Source: an uncultured SAR86 cluster bacterium
GTDB lineage: Bacteria; Pseudomonadota; Gammaproteobacteria; Magnimaribacterales; D2472
Direction: 5' to 3'
Assembly (NCBI GenBank): GCA_902541365.1
Contig: CACBQK010000001.1
Coordinates: 37,600-101,599, forward strand
DNA: 64,000 nucleotides
Below, piece after piece: positions 27,603-34,384 of the stretch. Numbering within the stretch: position 1 is the first letter of the stretch; each line of letters starts with the position of its first letter. A program made the position numbers and the translations under genes. A model generated the notes under the pieces. That model worked only from the letters and a program-made list of their open reading frames with translations. It was not told where the DNA came from and ran no database searches.

Positions 27603-28964
27603 CTAAGACTTAGGCAAGAATTTAATAGGCATTTCTTGGATAGCATGCACAAAATTATTTGGTGCAACCTTCCACTCACCACTCATCTCAAAATCAGGAA
27701 ACCTTGCTAAAAACTGTAAATAAAATTCTTTAAGCTGCATTAATGCAACTGGCTTACCTAAACAAGTATGTCTTCCTATGCCAAAAGCTAAGTGCTTATC
27801 AGAATTTTCTCTAAGAATATTAAATCTATCAGGATCATCAAAAATTTCAGGATCTCTGTTTGCAGCACCATACCAAAGTGCAATTTTTTCATAGGGTCCA
27901 ATTCTTTGCCCATTAATTTCTGTCTCTTCAAGAGAAGTTCTGCGCATATGAATTACCGGAGAAACGCACCTTATAGTTTCATTGATAAAATTTGGAAGAT
28001 AGTCAGGATTCTTTATTAAAAGTTCTTTTTGATCTTGATTGTCATGGAGCAACTTAATGCCTCCACTTATAGTATTTCTTGTAGTATCGTTGCCTGCAAA
28101 CACTATTAAGAGCCAAGAGCCATCAAGGAATTCTTGAGTGAGTTCCTCACCTTCAATTTTTGCATTTGCGATTGCACTCAATAGATCATTTTCAGGATTT
28201 TTTCTCTTTTTAAGGAGAATATGTTTTCCATAATCAAACATTTCATCAACCATTGAATTAAAAAGGTCAATCATTGCTGGATCAGGTGATGAATCTGTAA
28301 TGCCTTCATTTTGTTGTTTGATTTGCTCAACTGCAAAATATTGAGCTAGCTCTAAAAACTCCATCCATGAAACGAGCTTTTGCCTGTCAGCTTCAGGAAT
28401 TCCCAAGATTTCAGATAAAGTATAAATAGGTAACTGCTGAGAGACCTCTTTCACTAGGTTACATTCTCCCAATGGAGCAATTTGATCTAACAGTTGTCCT
28501 ACCTTTATACTAACTTTTTTTTGAAGTTCCTCAACATATCCGGGTTTAAAAAAAGGCATGTGCTCTTTTCTCAGTCCTAAGTGCATTTCACCATCAAGGT
28601 TAAGCATATGATCGATTGTTGATTTAAAAAGCTTTGGGTGTCTATTTTCTTCTGTGCCAAGTGTTAAAAGGTTGCCGGTTGCATATTGAGAAGAAAATAT
28701 TTTAGGATTCATTGATACGTACTTGATATCTTCATGCCTAGTTAAAACCCAATATCCAGGCTCTGGATCTGTAGGCATGGGATCATGAAAATATATAGGT
28801 GCGTTATCTCTCAATTCCTTATAAAAATCTACTGGTTGGCCCTTGGTAAAAAGGTCTAAATCATTGAGGGATTTTTCAGCTTTATAGGAAGACTTCTTTG
28901 GATAAGCAGGTTCATTAATCTTATGATCGAGAACTTCATCTGATAAAACATAGCCTGATGTCAT
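27603..28964 (-). CDS. Cytochrome P450 monooxygenase (CYP153-like motifs)
   Basis: 453 aa with I-helix AGNDTTRN, ExxR (ETIR), HMRRTS and the heme-thiolate loop FGIGRHTCLGKPVA. Confidence 0.93.
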   Translation of the reverse strand: MTSGYVLSDEVLDHKINEPAYPKKSSYKAEKSLNDLDLFTKGQPVDFYKELRDNAPIYFHDPMPTDPEPGYWVLTRHEDIKYVSMNPKIFSSQYATGNLLTLGTEENRHPKLFKSTIDHMLNLDGEMHLGLRKEHMPFFKPGYVEELQKKVSIKVGQLLDQIAPLGECNLVKEVSQQLPIYTLSEILGIPEADRQKLVSWMEFLELAQYFAVEQIKQQNEGITDSSPDPAMIDLFNSMVDEMFDYGKHILLKKRKNPENDLLSAIANAKIEGEELTQEFLDGSWLLIVFAGNDTTRNTISGGIKLLHDNQDQKELLIKNPDYLPNFINETIRCVSPVIHMRRTSLEETEINGQRIGPYEKIALWYGAANRDPEIFDDPDRFNILRENSDKHLAFGIGRHTCLGKPVALMQLKEFYLQFLARFPDFEMSGEWKVAPNNFVHAIQEMPIKFLPKS

Positions 28965-28967
28965 ATT

Positions 28968-29411
28968 TTATAACCACCTTCTAACTTTTGAGCAATAATC
29001 TTCCCAGTCAGAAAATTTTTCTTGCATTGCACGTTCTTCAGGCATTATTTGAAAGAAAGTAATATAAAGCACAAACAGTGCCACCAAACAAATTGTCAGC
29101 TTAGCCCCAAAAAGTAATCCAAATCCCATTAACATTATGCTCATTCCAAGATACATTGGATTACGCGTATATTTAAAAGGACCTATGATTGCAAGCTTAG
29201 AAGCTTGTGAAGGCTGCATTGGATTAATAGTAGTTTCAAGCTGCTTAAAGACTCTGGCTGCTGAAATCAAAACTGACAAGCCACCAATAACTATCAAAAC
29301 TCCAAGAGGTGTTTGATATTCAAAACTAAAAGGGTCGACAAGCCTATTTGAAAAAGCTATTAAAAAAATAAATATAAGAGTGACTATTGGCGGAGGTATT
29401 TTTGTTTCCAT
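28968..29411 (-). CDS. Isoprenylcysteine carboxyl methyltransferase (ICMT)/phospholipid methyltransferase family membrane protein
   Basis: 147 aa with 4 TM. GPFKYTRNPMYLG plus a C-terminal E-E-R motif (MPEERAMQEKF) is typical of the family. Confidence 0.75.
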   Translation of the reverse strand: METKIPPPIVTLIFIFLIAFSNRLVDPFSFEYQTPLGVLIVIGGLSVLISAARVFKQLETTINPMQPSQASKLAIIGPFKYTRNPMYLGMSIMLMGFGLLFGAKLTICLVALFVLYITFFQIMPEERAMQEKFSDWEDYCSKVRRWL

Positions 29412-29455
29412 GAAAAAATTATATCAATCAGAATCAAAATTGCTAATGTAAGGAA

Positions 29456-30085
29456 TTATGATGCGCCAGCTCCGCCTCCACTAGATGCAGCAGCAGCCTC
29501 ATCCTCGAATTGTTGATTTAGTGATGAAATTGAAGAAATAAATGAAACACCATTTCCAAGATTTGCTGTTACACCATTTACATTAAATTTCTCAGTAAGA
29601 TCTTTATCAACTTCAGTAAAACCAGTCTCAATATCAATTTTTCTAATTTCTTTATTTGAATAAGCAATTAGGCTTTCTCCCACTAACATAATTTCATATG
29701 CATGAAAGGAAAAAAATTTCTTTGGTTTTATATTTCTCTTAAAAATTATTGTCCCAGTCTTACAACACAATTTTGTAAAATCTGTTGCTCCAGATTTAAA
29801 AAAAATATGATCGCCCAGGAAAATTGGATTGAAGTACAAGCCCCACCCACATAAGAAGTTATATCTATATCTCCATAAAAGATTTCCTTTACTTTCACTA
29901 AAACAACTTACGTTCTTTGTACCTAACCAATTTTGGTCGATTACAATTAAAAAATCTTCATATTGAGCTATTGCTTTCGGTGAGTGCCCATGAGGTAAAT
30001 CTGCAATCCATAAAGATTCTTGCGTATCTAGATTATATTTTACGACCGAGTTTTTCTTCCCGAAAATTCCTATCCTTTCTTTCAT
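29456..30085 (-). CDS. Hypothetical protein (possible partial beta-propeller) with Ala/Gly/Ser-rich C-terminal tail
   Basis: 209 aa with no signal peptide recognised and repeated W-containing strands (LWIADL, LLWRYRY). The C-terminus is EDEAAAASSGGGAGAS. Confidence 0.45.
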   Translation of the reverse strand: MKERIGIFGKKNSVVKYNLDTQESLWIADLPHGHSPKAIAQYEDFLIVIDQNWLGTKNVSCFSESKGNLLWRYRYNFLCGWGLYFNPIFLGDHIFFKSGATDFTKLCCKTGTIIFKRNIKPKKFFSFHAYEIMLVGESLIAYSNKEIRKIDIETGFTEVDKDLTEKFNVNGVTANLGNGVSFISSISSLNQQFEDEAAAASSGGGAGAS

Positions 30086-30466
30086 TTAGGAAAGGCTGTT
30101 TTCTTTTCGCTTAACAAGAAAGAGCAGAAATCCTGCCAATATCAATTCGACTAAGATTTTGTCGGTTGATAAAGCCGCATCGTGAAATAAAAATGCAATG
30201 ATTCTTGAAACAGCTGCAAAGCCAAATAAGGCAATTGGAGTATATAACCAAACTTTATCCTTTTTAACAGCCGCACATAGAGTGAAAACACCAACAACAA
30301 GAAAGAAACTTGCAAGATCTCCAATTTGCGTACTCAGGCCGTGACCAGAGAGCAAGCTCATACCTAAACCTGCTGCAGCTGAAGTTGGATCAACCAACCA
30401 CTGAAGACCCATCAACAAGAAAAGAAAACCTATTACATAGGTAAGAATATTAAATAATTTGTCCAT
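30086..30466 (-). CDS. Hypothetical 4-TM membrane protein
   Basis: 126 aa. It abuts the downstream ORF with a 0-nt gap and is the first gene of the putative operon. Confidence 0.5.
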   Translation of the reverse strand: MDKLFNILTYVIGFLFLLMGLQWLVDPTSAAAGLGMSLLSGHGLSTQIGDLASFFLVVGVFTLCAAVKKDKVWLYTPIALFGFAAVSRIIAFLFHDAALSTDKILVELILAGFLLFLVKRKENSLS

Positions 30467-30564
30467 ATTTTTATTATATTACAAAAAAAGTAGAGATGAA
30501 TGGAGTCCAAAATTTATCCTCTTAAAGATCTAATCTAGATTAAGATTTATTTTTATAATTAAGT

Positions 30565-30702
30565 CTATTTTGTTTCCAAGTCATCTAGCTTTTTTTCGAT
30601 TTCATCCAATTTAGTAAGGATCTGATGAAAGAAATTCCTTGCTTCTGTTGGACACTTTTCAAAAAAATGCTCGCTCAATTTTATTAAGTCTTCATCTTTC
30701 AT
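30565..30702 (-). CDS. Possible small ORF (45 aa, helical/coiled-coil-like)
   Basis: MKDEDLIKLSEHFFEKCPTEARNFFHQILTKLDEIEKKLDDLETK*. It is below the ORF-track cutoff and starts 19 nt downstream of the tRNA-Leu 3' fragment. No homology was recognised. Confidence 0.2.
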   Translation of the reverse strand: MKDEDLIKLSEHFFEKCPTEARNFFHQILTKLDEIEKKLDDLETK

Positions 30703-30721
30703 AATTTTATTTTAACAAAGT

Positions 30722-30745
30722 TGGTAGGGATGGAGGGAGTCGAAC
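30722..30745 (-). repeat. 24-bp perfect direct repeat of the 3' end of tRNA-Leu(UAG) (T-loop through CCA); att-like site
   Basis: TGGTAGGGATGGAGGGAGTCGAAC is identical to 31432..31455. Flanking bases differ on both sides. Confidence 0.9.
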
Positions 30746-30904
30746 AGTTAGCCTCAATCTTCTTAGAGCTTATGTTTATAAGGTTTCTAGTCATATGATA
30801 AAAATTTCCGCTTAAAATTCCGCTTTTGAGTGATTTGTTGTTTTCTGTGTTCGTTGTTGTTGTTGACGTTTTCTATGAAAGTCTTCTATTGGTTTAAATT
30901 TTTT

Positions 30905-31276
30905 TTATATCTGCTTCTCGTTATATTCTTTGAAGCCTTTATAACAATCTGCTGTCGGATAGCCTATACTTTGAACTGTCATTTTTAATGTATACCTATT
31001 TAAATGCCATTCCATGTCCCAGTGCCTCCACATTATTCCATCCTTGGTTTCTTTATAACCTTTTAACTTATAAGTTTTATTTTCTCTTTTCTCAATACTT
31101 CTATTGTTAGTTGCATGATTAGCTAATTTAACCCAGCTATCATCTGGATTTTTGGCAACATGAAAATATAAATTTATCGAGCCCCATTCACAGGTTAAAT
31201 CTATAGGGTATTCATATCCATAATCTTCACCAGCTACCAAAGGCGATAGAAGTAATAGAGCTAGGAATTTTTTCAT
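30905..31276 (-). CDS. Small secreted hypothetical protein (cargo of the tRNA-Leu islet)
   Basis: 123 aa with a signal peptide (MKKFLALLLLSPLVAG) and two Cys residues. No motif was recognised. Confidence 0.5.
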   Translation of the reverse strand: MKKFLALLLLSPLVAGEDYGYEYPIDLTCEWGSINLYFHVAKNPDDSWVKLANHATNNRSIEKRENKTYKLKGYKETKDGIMWRHWDMEWHLNRYTLKMTVQSIGYPTADCYKGFKEYNEKQI

Positions 31277-31320
31277 TCACTGATTTTGCCATACGTTTTC
31301 AAAGATGTTAATTCCAATAT

Positions 31321-31353
31321 TAGGGATGGAGGGTGTCCTTCCCCCCATCCCTA
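31321..31353 (-). repeat. tRNA-Leu-derived acceptor/T-arm minihelix-like hairpin (13-bp stem, 7-nt loop)
   Basis: The minus strand reads TAGGGATG-GGGGG-AAGGACA-CCCTC-CATCCCTA. The stems are identical to the tRNA-Leu acceptor and T stems. The D, anticodon and variable arms and the CCA are absent. Confidence 0.8.
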
Positions 31354-31431
31354 GTGGGATGTTTCCTGTTTTCGTGTGTTTTGTGTTGATTTAACAACAT
31401 TTTTCGACGTTTTACGTCTTTGATACCTTAA

Positions 31432-31516
31432 TGGTAGGGATGGAGGGAGTCGAACCCCCACGCCTTGCGGCACTTGGTTCTAAGCCAAGCATGTCTACCA
31501 GTTCCATCACATCCCC
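31432..31516 (-). tRNA. tRNA-Leu (anticodon UAG), type II with long variable arm
   Basis: GGGGATGTGATGGAACTGGTAGACATGCTTGGCTTAGAACCAAGTGCCGCAAGGCGTGGGGGTTCGACTCCCTCCATCCCTACCA. Features are anticodon loop CTTAGAA, a 13-nt variable arm, T-loop TTCGACT and an encoded CCA. Confidence 0.92.
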
Positions 31517-31544
31517 AGGGTAGAAGAATTATATATTATCTTTC

Positions 31545-32429
31545 TTAGATTGATAGGATTGTTTTTGCAATTAGCTCTGGCTGATTTTCTTGAGAAAAAT
31601 GTCCTGCATTAATTATTTGATGATGCATATCTTTGGCACCAGGTATCTTTTCTATGAAGAATTTTTCTCCACCTATGAAAGCCATATCATGCTCACCAAA
31701 AAGCGTAATGGTAGGTTTATTAAAATTTCTAAGCACTTCCCATGCCTCAATATTTTCTTGAACTTGAGGATGCTCCTTTGTGATTGGAACTAAAGTTGGA
31801 AAAACTCTTGGTCCTGCTTTATATGAATCATCAGGAAATGGAGCATTATATGCTGCTATTTCAGCTTCACTAAGTTGTTTGAGGCTACCTTGATTTACTA
31901 TCTTTCCACAATCAAAGTCTTCTATATTTTGGCTAAAGTCCAGCCACTGCATAAAGCCTTCTGTTGCTCCGCTGCCAACGGGAAGGCCTGAGTTTGAAAC
32001 TACAAGCCCATCATACAAATCTGGATATTTTGCCAGTAGTCTCAGACCAATAAGGCCACCCCAATCTTGCGCAAAAAAAATGATGTTTTTTAAATCTAGC
32101 CTCTTTATTAATGTTTCAACCCAGATAATGTGGTTTGCATAAGAATAATCCTCTCTTGATGAGGGCTTATCAGATTTTCCAAATCCAATTAGATCTGGAG
32201 CAATAACTCTTTTGCCATTGGAAACTAAAATAGGGATAATTTTTCTATATAGATATGACCATGTAGGTTCACCATGCATCAATAAAACAATTTCTTCAGA
32301 TTCAGAGTTTTCATCAAGAAAGTGCATCCTTAAAGTCTGATCATCATGCTCTATATCAATATAATTTGGTTCAAAAGGATAATCTTCTAGATTATCAAAG
32401 CATTCATCTGGAGTTCTTAAAATTTTCAT
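31545..32429 (-). CDS. Haloalkane dehalogenase, HLD-I (DhlA-type) alpha/beta hydrolase
   Basis: 294 aa, colinear from memory with Xanthobacter DhlA: RTPD..F.NL..YPF.PNY, HGEPTWSYLYRK.IP, RVIAPD..GFGKSDKP. It has nucleophile/halide-Trp QDWGG, second Trp FMQWL, AY.APFPD.SY.AG and catalytic His AGHF.QE. Confidence 0.88.
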   Translation of the reverse strand: MKILRTPDECFDNLEDYPFEPNYIDIEHDDQTLRMHFLDENSESEEIVLLMHGEPTWSYLYRKIIPILVSNGKRVIAPDLIGFGKSDKPSSREDYSYANHIIWVETLIKRLDLKNIIFFAQDWGGLIGLRLLAKYPDLYDGLVVSNSGLPVGSGATEGFMQWLDFSQNIEDFDCGKIVNQGSLKQLSEAEIAAYNAPFPDDSYKAGPRVFPTLVPITKEHPQVQENIEAWEVLRNFNKPTITLFGEHDMAFIGGEKFFIEKIPGAKDMHHQIINAGHFSQENQPELIAKTILSI

Positions 32430-32430
32430 A

Positions 32431-33486
32431 TTAACTTTTTAGCAATCTTTCACAACCAGAACCACCGAGTATTTCTAATACCTTCGCCCTATCCTCTTCA
32501 GAGAGATTTTCAAATTCTTCTCTTATCCACTTTAGACACTTGGCCTGATATGGAAAAGCTTTTTGACTCCATACAATACCATCTATTTCCATTTCCCAAG
32601 TTTCATCTCCATTTTCTAATGCTTTGGCATTTGCTATCAATGCTGGTGCATAAACTTTACCGACTTCTGCAAAAAGCTCTTTGAGGCTACTTGGAATAGA
32701 ATCAACATCTAACCACTTTTTATCCTCAATCTTTAAACCTGATAAATCCTCCATTGAGTTTATCCAAGCAACTGTTCTCTTAGAAATTTCATGAGCTATA
32801 TTCCTAGATGTTGGATCGAATCCAATTAATTGAGTAAGTTGACCAAATATTGCGAAGTCTGAGGAGCTTGGTTTTTGTCCCAGAATGTATGGACTATTGG
32901 CAAGATGTTTTTCCATAATTGCCAGAAAACGTTTATAACTTTCCTCAATAACTGGTGCTGTCTTCTCATTAGAACCAACCACCCACAACCTTTCAATCTG
33001 TCTTGGTCCTATATAGTCACTAAATTGTTTCCAATGCTCATCAGGAAGGCTTGCATTATGATTAAGGGGTAACAAGGAAGCAGCGTTTTCAGCATCCTCT
33101 TTAAAATGCCATCGGTAATGAAACATATATTTTGTAGCCCACTCATCTCCAAAATCTTCCAATAAAAAATTTAAAAAAGATAAAACGGGATTATCTGGAA
33201 TTACGCTCCTTTCTAAATACTCTTTTTCAAAGCGTCTTAGTATCGGTGTAGAGTCAGTAACTGCCTCCATTTTTCCGTCTTTATTTGGAAGAATAAATGT
33301 TGGAAGTAATGCTGGTTTTGGTTTTTCAATCTTAAATTTTGTAAAAATCTCATCGCTATCAAGAATAGTTCCTGGATCACCCCAAATAATTTCATAATTT
33401 ATATGTCTGTATCTCAGTAAAGAAATCATTTTTCTTGTGTAAGGTGATGGAGGAGCTCCGATCAAACTTATTCTTTCTGAATTCAT
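32431..33486 (-). CDS. Glutathione S-transferase-like protein (long form)
   Basis: 351 aa with an N-terminal thioredoxin-like GST_N pattern (ISLIGAPPSPYTRKMISLLRYRHINYEIIWG) and a helical C-domain with SSSDFAIFGQL. The call is moderate. Confidence 0.55.
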   Translation of the reverse strand: MNSERISLIGAPPSPYTRKMISLLRYRHINYEIIWGDPGTILDSDEIFTKFKIEKPKPALLPTFILPNKDGKMEAVTDSTPILRRFEKEYLERSVIPDNPVLSFLNFLLEDFGDEWATKYMFHYRWHFKEDAENAASLLPLNHNASLPDEHWKQFSDYIGPRQIERLWVVGSNEKTAPVIEESYKRFLAIMEKHLANSPYILGQKPSSSDFAIFGQLTQLIGFDPTSRNIAHEISKRTVAWINSMEDLSGLKIEDKKWLDVDSIPSSLKELFAEVGKVYAPALIANAKALENGDETWEMEIDGIVWSQKAFPYQAKCLKWIREEFENLSEEDRAKVLEILGGSGCERLLKS

Positions 33487-33489
33487 ACT

Positions 33490-33702
33490 CTAAAGCACTC
33501 CTAAAAGGCTTAGAGCTATCAAAATGCTTACAAAAGTTAAAACAAGAAAAGTATAAAATTCTTTCATCCTATTGTAGCTAAAAGCATTGTAGGTCATGCC
33601 AGAGAGAATGATTGGAAGAACAACAATGAAAATACTCCCAGCCAAGATTATAAGTGGAACGAATGCCAATAAAGTTAGTGCCTGAAGAATATATCTATTC
33701 AT
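33490..33702 (-). CDS. Small 2-TM membrane protein
   Basis: 70 aa and hydrophobic. It overlaps the upstream gene by 8 nt. Confidence 0.4.
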   Translation of the reverse strand: MNRYILQALTLLAFVPLIILAGSIFIVVLPIILSGMTYNAFSYNRMKEFYTFLVLTFVSILIALSLLGVL

Positions 33703-34306
33703 CTATTACAACTTCATTATTTATAGAATTTTGTATCTCAAGAAGAATCTGATTATTTTGAGTTCTATAAGCTTCAAGAGCTTGAACAGACTCCTCTATA
33801 AAAAGAATTTGTCTTTTAAGAGATTTTATCTCAGCTTCTGACTGGCTGACAGTTCCAGATAAGTCAGGCTGATTTTCAATTGACTGAGTTAAATCATTTA
33901 ATTCAGTATTGATTGAAGCAATAGCATCATCGATTTCTTTATCCGTTTTATTATATTTTTGGATAAGCTCATTTAAGCTTTTCGTAAGTTTTTCAATATT
34001 AACTTTATTTCTTTTGTTGCTAAGGTCCCAAAGCTTTCTAATCTCTTTATCTAAAAATTGAATTTCTGCGCCAACCTCAATGAGGGAATCTGAATTTACT
34101 TCATCTAACATAAGTAGTTGATCTTCAATTTTGGACAATCTGTCATCTAATGAAGCAGAGGTTGAATCAATTTTAGTGCTTGTTTGCTCAGATCTGAGAA
34201 GCAAGAAGAGAACTGCGCCTAGTATGGCAACAAAAATTATGCCAAGCATCAAGCTACTATTTTTTTGTGGCTTAAAGTTAATGCTGTCTTCTCTGCTTAC
34301 TTTCAT
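33695..34306 (-). CDS. Membrane-anchored coiled-coil protein
   Basis: 203 aa with one N-terminal TM (LMLGIIFVAILGAVLFLLL) followed by heptad-rich helices. No motif was recognised. Confidence 0.5.
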   Translation of the reverse strand: MKVSREDSINFKPQKNSSLMLGIIFVAILGAVLFLLLRSEQTSTKIDSTSASLDDRLSKIEDQLLMLDEVNSDSLIEVGAEIQFLDKEIRKLWDLSNKRNKVNIEKLTKSLNELIQKYNKTDKEIDDAIASINTELNDLTQSIENQPDLSGTVSQSEAEIKSLKRQILFIEESVQALEAYRTQNNQILLEIQNSINNEVVIDE

Positions 34307-34384
34307 AAGTTAATTTATATATTTTTTTAAAAGTAATATAATTTATTAGCTTTGTAAAAGTATATTTTAACTGAAAAAAAAATT

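Noticed and set aside
30531-30542. 12-bp perfect palindrome TAATCTAGATTA (extendable with a bulge) upstream of the P450-cluster first gene
   Set aside because: Short AT-rich palindromes are expected by chance at this base composition. There is no second copy or adjacent regulator to support an operator call.
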